The notes below the pieces were generated by a model. The model saw nothing but the letters and a program-made list of their open reading frames with translations, was not told the origin of the DNA and ran no database searches. Shown here piece by piece: positions 24,591 to 36,231 of a stretch of DNA of 64,000 nt. Source of the DNA: Squalus acanthias. Lineage: Eukaryota. The stretch spans positions 140,556,001-140,620,000 of the forward strand of contig CM059432.1 in the NCBI GenBank assembly GCA_030390025.1, written 5' to 3'. Numbering within the stretch: the first letter of the stretch is position 1; every line of letters starts with the position of its first letter. The translations under genes and the position numbers were made by a program.

Positions 24591-24609
24591 GCTACATGCC
24601 AGCTTTTCC

Positions 24610-24990
24610 AACTGTTCAAATCCCTCCATGGCCTCACCCCTCCCTGTCTCTGTAACCTCCTCCAGCCCTACAACCCTCCGAGATCCCTGCGCTCCTCTAA
24701 TTCTGGCCTCTTGCGCATCCCCGATTTTAATCGCTCCACCATTGGCGGCCGTGCCTTCAGCTGCCTCGGGCCTAAGCTCTGGAATTCCCTCCCTAAACCT
24801 CTCCGCTTCTCTACCTCTCTCTCCTCCTTTAAGACACTCCTTAAAACCTACCTCTTTGACCAAGCTTTTGGTCACCTGTCCTAATATCTCCTTATGTGGC
24901 TCGGTGTCAAATTTTTGTTTGATAATCGCTCCTGTGAAGCGCCTTGGGACGTTTTACTACGTTAAAGGTGCTGTATAAATGCAAGAAGTT
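24610..24990 (+). mobile_element. L2 3' fragment
   Basis: Same family as 6690-7098. Confidence 0.9.
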
Positions 24991-26014
24991 GAGCCATTGT
25001 GAAAGCTGTATCGATAGTCTTCAGAAGTCTGCCCGATGCAGCTCACTTGCTTCGTGTTAAACGTTTGAAAGGCTTGCCCTTTGTGTTTATCCAGATCGAA
25101 TGTGAATGGGTCGAGGTGTAGGTTTCCTGCCCCTTTTATATAGTTCCTGTTCGATGTGTTTCAGCAGGCAGTGGTCAGTCTCAGTATCACTGGCTGTTTT
25201 ACAGCTATGTTAGTCTGAGTCCAGCTGACAATGTGCAGTAGCTAAGAGAGCAGTAAGTTAAAGTACAGTTGGTTTAAGGATTGTAACTTTCAATTTCCTA
25301 AGTTTCGATTCAGTTAGCTGCCTCTTGACACAGTGACATTTCGTCACGGTCGAAACAAGACTTCCCAATAAAGGGTTGCAATAAATTTGCTCCTTGTCTA
25401 TATTTAGTGATATATTTAAGACTTCAGTACCCAGTGGTGTTTAAACTGTGCAGAACATCTGGTTACAAAGTTTAGTCTGTGAATCTGGCTCTGCGGTGGT
25501 CCTTGCTCAGTGATGACTCAGACTAGGGCAGACAATGGAAAGCTGGAATAGTAGTGATACAGCACATCTGTCCTTTCGGATTATGGGGTTTCATCTCGGA
25601 AGGGGAGGTCCGACAAGACATATACTTGATTCAGATACTGTCATATTTCTTCCTGGCCCCTTACTGAACAAGAAATGAAGAATTTCAAAATGTGATTGGA
25701 AACAATTTCAAAACGTAATTGAAAATATTTTTCAGAAATGTTAAAAAAAATTCCCCCCCTCAAAAAGATGGAACTGATATACTTTACAGAGATCGGTGTG
25801 CAACGGCAGTAGGTTACTTCAATCGGAATAGAGATTAGTCATATGCCAATAACACGGAGGTAAAACAGGCCATGGTGAGGATCTTATTATTTCTTTTACG
25901 TCCAAGCTCTGAGTAACTAAATGCTGAAGCATTGTTGGATAGGATAATTGAGCATTTCCTTCATGGAAAATATGCAACATTAGTAGCGCAGCTGCAGATA
26001 AAGTGATTCTTGGG

Positions 26015-27178
26015 ATAACAACAGAAAATGCTGGAAACACTCAGCAGGCCAGGCAGCATCCGTGGAGAGAGAAACAGAGTTAACGCTTCAGGTCTGGGAC
26101 CCTTCGTCAGAACTGGAAAAGGCTAGAGCTGTAACAGATTTTAAGCAGGTGCAGAGGCAGGGAGAGGTCGGGGAGGATCTGAAGGAACAGTCTGTGCTAG
26201 GGTAGGAGGCAGGAAAGATGAAATGTTGCAAATGGGGATGGCAAAATAATAAACAGCCTGAAAAATGGGGGCAGGGGTCATGGTCTGAAATTGTTAAACT
26301 CGACGTTGAGTCCAGAAGGCTGTAAAGTGCCTAATCGAAAGATGAGGTGCTGTTCCTCGAGCTTACTTTGAGCTTCATTGGAACAGTGTAAGAGGCCGAG
26401 GACAGAGAGATCAGAGTGGGAGTGAAGCGGAGAATTAAAGTGACAGGCGACCGGAAGCTCAGGGTCACCCTTACGGACTGAATGGAGGTGTTCCACAAAG
26501 CGGTCGCCCAATCTGCATTTGGTCTCCCCAATGTAGAGGAGACCGCATCGTGAGCAGCGAATACAGTATACTAAATTGCAAGAAGTGCAAGTAAATCGCT
26601 GTTTCACCTGGAAGGGGTGTTTGGGGCCCTGGGCAGTGGGAAGGGAGGAGGTAAAAGGGCAGGTGTTGCATCTCCTGCGCTTGCACGTGAAGGTGCCGGG
26701 TGAAGGGGAAGGGGTGTTGGGGGTGATAGAGGAGTGGACCAGGGTGTCGCAGAGGGAGCGGTCCCTTCAGAATGCTGAAAGGGGAGGTGAGGGGAAAATG
26801 CGTTTGGTGGTGGGATCACGCTGGAGGTGGCGGAAATGGCGGAGGATGATCCGTTGAATGTGGAGGCTGGTGGGGTGAAAGGTGAGGACAAGGGGAACCG
26901 TATCGTGGTTCCGGGAGGGAGGGGAAGGGGTGAGAGCAGAAGTGCGGGAAATAGAACGGACACGGTCAAGGGCCGTGTCAACCACGGTAGAGGGGAATCC
27001 TCGGCTGAGGAAAAAGGAAGACATGTCGGAAGCACTGGTATGGAAGGTGGCATCGTCAGAGCAGATGCGGCGGAGACGGAGAAACTGGAAGAATGGAATA
27101 GAGTCCTTACAGGAAGTGGGATGGGAGGAAATGTAGTCCAGGTAGCTGTGGGAGTCAGTGGGCTTGTAGTGGATGTTT
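26015..27178 (-). mobile_element. 5'-truncated Penelope-like element (RT C-terminus, GIY-YIG endonuclease, pLTR)
   Basis: YKPTDSHSYLD...QFLRLRRICS thumb; NLVYCIRCSRCGLLYIGETK..RFVEH..GLN GIY-YIG (26278-26607); hammerhead-like motif at 26079-26113. Confidence 0.92.
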
Positions 27179-28029
27179 GTCGATTCTTGGGTATGAACAT
27201 CTGCTTCAGCGCTAGCCTTGCATCACTGTTGATGGTTTTTCGTAATACAGGGCCATAAGACTAGCAGTGCGCTCAGCCAGGCCCCCAAGGTAACATTCGT
27301 AGAACAGTATCAGATCTCTGAACTCTACCTGGGAGATCGCTAAATTCTAGGTCATTGATTACCAACGCAAAGCATTGGATGATAGCTAAGGTGGAAGGAA
27401 TGAGGCATCTAACTTCCCCAAATTCTACGATGATGCATTCCTCTTTGAGGTTGCAAACCCTACAAACTCCAAATACCGCGGTAGCAGGGATTGTGTCAGG
27501 TATTTTAGCCAAGTGTACCCAGCAATTATCATGCGGACTAGTTCCTGCTCAGAAGCCAGAAAACGTGAGTTTGATGGTGGCGTGTCAACAGATGGGAGTC
27601 TCCCATCTTGCTGTGAGAGCTGGCATGCCTATGTTTTTTGCTCTGCCCTGCATGCAATCATCCTGACCTTTTATTATTTTTCATTATATTGGCTGTACAC
27701 TCTGCTTTGGTAAACACTTGCTGGAACCAGTACTCACATCCTTTTAACAACGATTATCACAAACCTCCAGATGGTGCTTGAGGGTTGAAGGTTTCGCCTC
27801 CATTAAGAAGAAATTATTTTACATCGCTTGAACGTCTAAAGGACCATAATCACACTTGCTGCTTTGTCCATGTTAATCCCACCCAAAACGGTTGAAATTG
27901 GCTGCGAGCAATTTCTCATCAAATTGAACTGGTGGGAAAGAGTTGACATCGCTATTAGCTGCAGATAGAAATCATAATATCTCACAAAACAGCTCTGCTG
28001 TTTCTGAATTGTATTATTAACACAGCAAC

Positions 28030-28735
28030 AAATTGCATTTATGTAGCACCTTTAACGTAGTAAAATGCCCCACGGCGCATTATCAGACAAAATTTGACAC
28101 CGAGCCACATAAGGAGATATTAGGGCAGGTGACCAATAGCTTGGTCAAAGAGGTAGGTTTTAAGAAGCATCTTGAAGGAGGAGAGAGAAAGAGAGAGGCG
28201 GAGAGGTTTAGGGAGGACATTCCAGAGTTTAGGGCCCAGGCAGCTGAAGGCACGGCCGCCAATGGTGGAGCGAAGACAATTGGGGGATGCGCAAGAGGCC
28301 AGAATTGGAGGAGTGCAGATATCTCGGAGGGTTGTAGGGCTGGAGGAGGTTACATAGATAGGGAGAGGCAAGATCACGGAACGATTTGAAAACAAGGATG
28401 AGAATTTTAAAGTTGAGGCATTGCCGGACCAGGAGCCAATGTAGGTCAGCGAGCACAGGGGGTGAGGGGTGAGCGGGACTTGGTGCGGGTTAGGATACGG
28501 GCTGCGGAGGTTTGGATGAGCTCAAGGTTACGGAGGATGCAAGGTGGGACGGTGGCCAGGAGAGCGTTGGAAGAGTCGAGTCTGGAGGTAACAAAGGCAT
28601 GGATGAGGCTTTCAGCAGCAGATGAGCTGAGGCAAGGGCAGAGTCGTCCGATGTTACGGGGAGCTGGAAGTAGGCAGTCTTGGTGATGGAGCGGATATGG
28701 GGGTCGGAAGGCCAGCTCAGGGTCAAATAACACGA
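28030..28735 (-). mobile_element. L2 3' fragment
   Basis: LIHAFVTSRLD, LHWL, GGRAFSCLGPKLWN motifs. Confidence 0.9.
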
Positions 28736-29049
28736 GAGATTCATTTACCCTCACTCCTAAAGAAGCGCCACTTCAACAAAAATGCATTCGAAGTTTTAAA
28801 AAAGTCTCGCTAAGCTCGATGTTCCTCCATTTTTGTGGCAGGGAATGATTGTTTCCCGGGCACGAAGCTGACAAAAAGATGCGGAGTCCACAATACTTGG
28901 TGTTTGCCTCCTTTTCTGTTACTCAGGGACTAGGAAGAAGAGGAGGCTTAGGCACAGCCACGGCATTCCCATGGCAATGATGTGGGAGTGACATTACAAT
29001 GCCTCCTGGGTCTCCGCTCAGTGGATTCCCAAACATAGGATGACCTACC

Positions 29050-29127
29050 TTTTTTTAAATTATTCGTTCCTGGGATGTGGGCGTCGCTGGCAAGGCCAGC
29101 ATTTATTGCGCATCCCTAATTGGCCTT
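29050..29127 (-). mobile_element. Short 3' tail of the single-ORF CR1-group LINE
   Basis: Reverse complement of the 22780-22850 tail. Confidence 0.8.
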
Positions 29128-29230
29128 GCAAAGACACCCATCTGCAATGTGACCTGATTGGAATAATTTCAGGCCACTTTGAGTGTGTGCTTGCAAGCTT
29201 CTTGCCTCAACTGAAATCTATAGCAATGGG

Positions 29231-30697
29231 ATGGGAACTGACATGAATCTTGTATGAAGTAATACTGGGCGGCCTGCTGGTGGTGCTGTCCAGGGAGAGT
29301 ATAAATACTCGGGCATGGGCCCAGCTTGCTTAGGACATTCCGCAACAGGAACTAGTGAAGGACACAACTAGATCTCCATGTTGTAAAACAGTTGATTAAA
29401 GCTTTGTTAAATGCTTAGACCACGTGCCTAGTAGTTTTCTTACATCAGGAACCATTTACATCCTCTCAGCCTGGCCGTCAGATTTGGAGGAAGAGCAGCC
29501 GCGGCAGCTCCACAACCAGCCACAGCACCAGCACCAGCACCAGGAGCGCCAACCTCCTCCTCACCCACCTGATGATGCACAGGGCAGAGGGCCTCAGCGC
29601 AGGGCTGCACCTCACCGCAGGAGATACCCCCAACACAGGGTTTACAGGCAGAGGATCAGCTTCCTCAGCATGACTGAGCAGCAGTGCCAAAGGAGGCTGA
29701 GACTTTCGAGAGAGGTATTCGCTGACATTTGCGCAATGCTGCACCAACACCTGCAGCCCAGAGGAGCGGCTGGACACTCCTGGCTGTTAAAGTCACCGCC
29801 GCACTCAACTTCTTTGCTTCGGGCTCCTTCCAGGGATCAGCTGCAGACATCAGCGGCCTCTCTCAGTCGGCCGCACACGCCTGCATCATGCAGGTCACCG
29901 ATGCCCTCTTTGCAAAGGCGCACAATTATATCCACTTCTCCACGGATGGCCCAAGTGTGACGGCGCGTGCGGTTGGCTTTGCCAATATGACAGGCTTGCC
30001 AATGGTGCAGGGCGTCATAGACTGCACACATGTAGCCATTAGGGCCTCCTATCACAACCCAGCTGTATTTGTCAACCGCAAGGGATTCCACTCCCTGAAC
30101 GTCCAGCTGGTGTGTAACCACAGGAAGATCATCATGCATGTTTGCACAAAGTACCCTGGCAGTTGCCATGACTCCTTCATCCTGTGCCAGTCTACTGTGC
30201 CTCAGCTCTTCCATCTGCCAAACCAACTTTCCAGATGGCTACTTGGCGACCAGGGCTATCCCCTGAAAATGTGGCTCATGACACTGATGAGGAGGCCATC
30301 AAACGAAGCTGAGGAGCGCTACAATGTGAGCCACATTTCCACCAGAAGCATCATAGAGCAAACCATCGGCTTGCTTTAAATGCACTTCCAATGCCTGGAC
30401 AGATCTGGTGGAGCCCTGCAGTATGCACCAGCCAGGGTGTCCAGAATCGTCGTGGTCTGCTGTGCCCTGCACAACATCGCACAGCAGTACGGCTTAGTGC
30501 TGCCGCATGAACAAGTGGCTCAGCGCACAGCCTTTTCGGAGGAAGAGGAAGAGGACGAGGAAGAGGACAAGGAACAGGATGAGGAGGAGGACGGGGAGCG
30601 ATGCCTTGCGGGGCTGGATGTGGCCAATCCAGCAGCACGTGACCACATTGTTGGCCGTCAGGCAAGGAATGCACTCATCCGTGCCAGATTCGAGTAA
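29231..30697 (+). pseudogene. Harbinger (HARBI1-like) DDE transposase pseudogene
   Basis: [44 protein letters not shown] motifs; LTR insertion after codon 2-3, frameshift at ~29775, TAA at 30377. Confidence 0.92.
29239..29447 (+). mobile_element. Small solo LTR (209 bp)
   Basis: TGA...TCA termini, 5-bp TSD GGAAC (29234-29238, 29448-29452), TATAAATA and ATTAAA; second copy at 47797. Confidence 0.85.
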
Positions 30698-30883
30698 GCT
30701 TATGATTCAACTACAGGTGGCTGGCACATGGAGATGAATATAAATCCAACATTCTCAAAACCCCAGGCATCATCTGTCTAATAAATGGTAGTTTGCGTTC
30801 AGTGTCACCACCAACATTCTAAATGGAATTCTCCCTGAGCCCTCACTCTTGAACTTCCATTTCTCAGAACACAGAGGCCACAC

Positions 30884-31124
30884 TTTAGGTGATCTCAGCA
30901 GATCATTAAACCTTTTTCCGCACTGAACCCATGTGCGTCTGCACACAGACCCTGAACTCACCTCCTCAGCAATTTGCAGCCAAGCTGCCTTGGTTTGCTG
31001 AGGAGGCCTCCTCCTTCCATTTCCAGATACAAGGACCTCCTGACGTCCTCTAACTCCCTCCACAAGAGCACGGAGGGAGCCCTCATTGAACCTTGGGTAC
31101 AGCCTTAGTGTTTGGCGCTGCCAT
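30884..31124 (-). pseudogene. Harbinger Myb/SANT-like DNA-binding protein, exon 1 only
   Basis: MAAPNTKAV(fs)PRFNEGSLRALVEGV..AWLQIAEEV..RTWVQCGKRFNDL, ending at a GT donor equivalent to that in element 2. Confidence 0.85.
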
Positions 31125-31389
31125 TCCTGCAGCAACCAGCGCTTTTAACAGAAAAAAAGCTAATGCTTCTGCAAAGGGGACATGGCCCCTTTAAATCTTT
31201 ACTGAAACAACACATCATCAGAGGCTGCAAGAATTGTCTGGAGGGACCCGCACGTCGGCCGTAACGAGGCCAATCAACCTAAAATCTCTTCTGCGGGGCA
31301 GCGGCAACCGGGATTGGGTCCTGAAGACCCACCGGGTCCAGAAGCAGCGGGCCTGCCGTCAACCTGCCTCCTTCATTAAAATCGAGCCC

Positions 31390-32155
31390 TCTGTGTTTCC
31401 TGTACAAGGACACCTAAATCTCTCTGAACACCAACATTTAATAGTTTCTCACCATTTAAAAAATATTGTGTTTTTCTATTATTCCTACCAAAGTGAATAA
31501 TCCCACATTTCCCCACATTATACTCCATCCGCCACCTTATTGCCTGACTATATCCCTTTGCAGGCTCTTTGTGTCCTCCTCACAGCTTACTTTCCCACCT
31601 CGCTTTGTATCTTCAGCAAACTTGGATACATTACACTCGGTCCCTTCATCCTAGTTATTAATATAGATTGTAAATAGCTCAGGCCCCAACACTGATCCCT
31701 GCAGCACCTCACGAGTTACAGCCTGCCAACCTGAAAATGACCCGTTTATCCCTACTCTCTGTTCTCTGTCCGTTAACCAATCCTCTACCCATGCTAATAT
31801 ATCACCCCCAACCCAAGGAGCCCTTATCTTGCGTAACGACCTTTTATGTGGCACCTTATCGAATGCCTTTTAAAAATCCAAATATATTACATCCACTGGT
31901 TCCCCTTTCTCTACCCTGCCCTTACATCTTCATAAAATCTTATAAATTTGTTAAACACGATTTCCCTTTCATAAAACCATGTTGACTCTGTCTAATCATA
32001 TTATAATTATCTAATTGCCCTGATACCAGTTCCTTAATAATGGATTCCAGCATTTTCCCGACAACTGATGTCAGGCTAATTGGCCTGTAGTTCACTGTTT
32101 TCTCTCCCTCCTTTCTTGAACAGCGGGGTTACATTTGCTACCTTCCAATCCACTG
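31390..32155 (-). mobile_element. CR1 internal RT fragment
   Basis: WLTDREQRVGINGSFSGW, QGSVLGP motifs; many lesions. Confidence 0.85.
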
Positions 32156-32223
32156 GGATAATCTTGTGTACTGATGGAACAAACGCTAATGTTACAGAAA
32201 GTGTCTCAAATGTCAGGGACAGC

Positions 32224-33200
32224 TTCTGACGAAAGGTCACAGACCTGAAACGTTGAGCTGGATTTTCTGAATGGGAAGCTTTTGGAGGCGGGACTGCTGC
32301 TTGCCGGGTCTCAGTCCCACCTCCATCAGCTTCTGGCCAACCAGTGGGATTTTCCCCTGATTGACCTTGTTAAGCCCACCCAACGGGCTCAGCAGGCCAA
32401 TTATGGGGAAGTCACTGACAGAGCACGTCAACGTCTGACGTGTCATCTGTCAAGAACTTTTGAAAGAAGAATTGTTATCGTTTGACAGCTCTGTGAAGCT
32501 GTCAAACACTGACATTCTGTGTAGTTTGATGAGTCTTTGTGTTCAGGACTCATCAAACCTTTCAAATTTGCAGAAATCAGCTGGCTGTTGGATCGGAGGT
32601 TGCAACAGCCAGTCTGTGATATCTACAATGGAGATGTCGGGACTCCAGCTCCACAGCAGCTGAAGGCTGTAGGCAGAAACAAAGGTAAGTGAACATTTTA
32701 TAACACTTTACACTCACCTTACATACTTACCACTCCACACTTGCACCCATCACTCACCTCTACATTGCACTTTCAGACCCCTCCGACCCCCGCAGACCTC
32801 CTACTCGTCTCCTACACCCTGGTGGGGTTCCCCGAGGTCGAGAAGCCCGCACTTCAGCACGAAAATGGGGATAATCCTATTTTCTGCCTGTTAACTACCT
32901 GTTAACAGGCAGTTAATAGGCTTTAATCCCTTCCCGCCTCCAAGGAGACGGGACCCGGGGCCGGACAGCTTCCCGCCTCCTGGCAAGAGGGCACGGAGGC
33001 GGGTTGGGGGCGGGTTTGCCACCTGCCCCCAAATTCTGCAACTGTCCCGGCAGTCCCGCCTCCATACCCGCCTCCTCGGGGCTGAGAAAATCCAGCCCGT
33101 TGACTCTGTTTCTCCCTCCACAGATGCTGCCTGACCTGCTGAGTATTTCCAGCATTTTCTGTTTTTATTTCAGATTTCCAGCATGTGCAGGATTTTGCTT
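32224..33200 (+). mobile_element. Penelope pLTR fragment split by a MITE
   Basis: CTGACGAAAGGTCACAGACCTGAAACGTT before 32255; resumes GTTGACTCTGTTTCTC at 33099. Confidence 0.8.
32255..33098. mobile_element. Harbinger MITE family B
   Basis: TIR GAGCTGGATTTTCT...AGAAAATCCAGCCC, TSD GTT/GTT. Confidence 0.85.
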
Positions 33201-33214
33201 TTGTGTTGTGGTAA

Positions 33215-33610
33215 GTAGAGGACATCAATTTAAGATCATCAGCAGAAAAATGAAGAGAGAGGTGGTGAGAAATGATTTAAGCAGAGTCTTGTTAGGACAT
33301 TGAATGCTCGACCAGAAATAGTGGGTATAGCAGAGTCCATAATAAGCTTTCTAAAGGGAAGGGGGATAAATATTTGACAAAGAATATAAATACAAATCTG
33401 GAATGCACTGCCTGAAAGGGTGGTGGAAGCAGATTCAATGGTAACTTTCAAAAGGGAATTGGATAAATACTTGAAAAGGAGAAATTTGCAGAGCTATGGG
33501 GAAAGAGCAGGGGGTAGTGGGACTAATTGGATCGCACTTTCAAAGAGCCAGCAAGGGCGCGATGGGCCGAATGGCCTCCTTCTGTGTTGTAAAGTTCTAC
33601 GATTCTATGT
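33215..33610 (+). mobile_element. CR1 3' fragments
   Basis: WNALPE...FKRELD motif and GATTCTAT tail. Confidence 0.75.
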
Positions 33611-33829
33611 TATCAATAATTAGATTACATTGAAGAGGTGATGTTGTAATACGAGCCCTCACCATCAACTATCTGCGGGCAAGGCACATCTTACTTCTTA
33701 ATGTTCAAAAAATGCCCAGCGAGAGCATTTTGTTTAAGTCTGCTTATAATTCAAATAAATAATATAAGCATAACATCTACATTACATTTATTTCTCTATT
33801 TCTACTTAATTTGTTTTCATTTATTCTGC

Positions 33830-34660
33830 CGCGGCTCAGTGGGTAGCACTCTCTCGCCTCTGAGTCAGAAGGTTGTGGGTTCAAGCCCCACTCCGGAGAC
33901 TTGAGCACAAAAATCTAGGCTGACACTCCCAGTGCAGTGTTGAGGGAGTGCTGCACTGTCGGAGGTGCCGCCTTTCGGATCAGACGTTAAACCAAGGCCC
34001 TCTGAGGTGGAAGTAAAAGATCCCACAGCCACTATTTCAAAGATGTGGGGATGCCGGTGTTGGACTGGGGTGGACAAATGTGAGAAGTCGCACAACACCA
34101 GGTTATAGTCCAACAGCTTTATTTGAAATCACCCCTTGCGACCCCACCTCATTGTCTTTGATGTAATGTTTTCCTGACTGACCTGTTTGGACACCATCCA
34201 CACCTTTGATTGTCGTGATTGTCTCTCTGCCGAGGTGTGATGAAGGGCAGTTAGAAAGATTAACTGTAGTCATCTGGCCGTGTTCTCTGACTATATATGC
34301 TGTGCCTATATGCATCTCTTCACTTCACCTGATGAAGGAGCAGCCGCTCCGAAAGCTTGTGATTTCAAATAAAGCTGTTGGACTATAACCTGGTGTTGTG
34401 CGACTTCTCACTATTTCAAAAAGCAAGGGAGTTCTCCCCGGTGCCCTGGCAAATATTTATCCCTCAATCAACATCACTAAAAACAGATGATCTGGTCATT
34501 ATCACATTGCTGTCTGTGGGAGCTTGCTGTGCACGAATTGACGGCCGCGTTTCCTACACTACAACAGTGACTGCATCCAAAGTACTTCATTTGCTGTGAA
34601 GCGCTTTGGGATGTTCTGAGGTCGTGAAAGGCGCTATAGAAATGCACATCCTTTCTTTCG
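33830..34660 (+). mobile_element. Deu-SINE interrupted by a Penelope-type mini-element
   Basis: SINE collinear around 34042-34408. Confidence 0.85.
34042..34408. mobile_element. Penelope-type mini-element, same family as 16620, with inverted pLTR
   Basis: 12-bp TSD CACTATTTCAAA (34030-34041, 34409-34420); hammerhead TCAC-CTGATGA-A-GGAGC-AGCC-GCTCC-GAAA-GC-TT-GTGA at 34325-34362. Confidence 0.75.
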
Positions 34661-35697
34661 GTCTGCCAGCTCTTTTTCTATTAGGAATTCCACAGACAGC
34701 CAGGAGGTGGTGAGCAGATTTGCAGACCTGCATCTGTGTGAACATGTGGATAGCTCTGATTCGCCTAATTTAAGATCAGCGAGAATGGGTATTAAAGTGG
34801 TGCCTATTTACAGCACTCTTCGAAATGTCCCTGCCACTTGATGTAGATTAACTGGCGCGTGACTAATTTGCCAAGTAGCTATGGTTCCCGAGAGGATTGT
34901 TCCCCCACTCTGTTACACCAGCTGCCAGACGGGAAATCAAATGTTTAATTACTTCACTATAAAATTAAAATAAAATAAAGTCGCCCTTACAAACAGTAAG
35001 GGGAACATTAAATTTACAAACAGCACACACTTTCTTTAACACAAAGGCATTCTTCATAAGATGTAGTCTTGTGTATGGGACCGACTGTCTAATATTAATG
35101 GTAATTTCAGAAAGATCTTGGCGATTTAGAAAGCAGCTGACAAATTAATTCTGGCTCGCACTGTATTCTACACTGTACTTTATAATTTAAATGTTCTGCA
35201 CTCTCCGTTTCTGTGAAACATGCTTTCCTTCCCCAACTGATGGAAAAATGCTTGCTTGTTTACTGTGAATATGCCACTGTAACGCTATGCATAACAGATG
35301 CATTCATTCAGTTTCTCAGCTCCAAGACATGCATGTTTTAGAAAATCTTATTAAACAGAAGTGCCATACATCTGTTGTCAAGGTACCTGAAACTTGCCAA
35401 ATTTGTTAATTCAGCAAAGTCGCACAATACTTTTCACAAGTTTTTTTTCCCACAATTCATTTCCTGCTATCTCCTGAAGGTACTGACTCATGCCTGGTGT
35501 GTGGAATTACTGGTGATCATCTGGTATTTAGCCCAAGATATCGTATTTCAGCCTGGACGGCTCTCTTACCATGAGGGTCATCGCAGCTGAATCAGGACCT
35601 CCACTATCCTGATGTGCACACACATACAGACATGTGCACTTTCCAACAGGGACTAGAGTCCAGGAACAGATAAGTCTGACTGTCCCAGGCTCAAAGA

Positions 35698-36165
35698 CAG
35701 CTGTGGCTCAGTGGGTAGCACTCCCGCCTCTGAGCCAATAGGTGGTGGGTCCAAGACCCACTCCATAAGACTTGAGCACAAAAATATAGGCTGCGACTCC
35801 AGTGAAGTACTGAGGGAGCGCTGCACTGTCGGAGGTGCCGTCTTTCGAATGAGATGTTAAACCAAAGCCTTGTCTACCTTCTCAGGTGGATGTGAACGAT
35901 CCCATGATCCTATTTTGAAGAAGAGCAGGGGAGTTATCCTCTGTGTCCTGGGGCCAATATTTATCCCTCAACCAACATCACTAAAAACAGATTATCTGGT
36001 CATTATCACATTGCTGTTTGTGGGAGCTTGCTGTGCGCAAATTGGCTGCCGCGTTTCCTACATTACAACAGTGACTCCACTTCAAAAGTACTTCATTGGC
36101 TGTAAAGTGTTTGGGACATCCTGAGGTCGTGAAAGGCGCTATAGAAATGCAAGTTCTTTCTTTCT
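35698..36165 (+). mobile_element. Deu-SINE, full length
   Basis: Collinear with 2298-2760. Confidence 0.88.
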
Positions 36166-36231
36166 TTAATTGTATTACCCTGACTGGGATCAGCAAACTC
36201 AGGAATTAAACGTGAATCAAAAGAATTCTTC

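Larger units (their letters stand above)
29128..31389. mobile_element. PIF/Harbinger transposon 1 (left end lost, Myb/SANT gene mostly deleted)
   Basis: Convergent transposase (+) and Myb/SANT (-) genes; right TIR AAAATCGAGCCC. Confidence 0.9.

Noticed and set aside
29231..30697. Domesticated HARBI1 gene
   Set aside because: Frameshift, nonsense codon, LTR insertion, and adjacent TIR and Myb/SANT partner indicate a transposon relic
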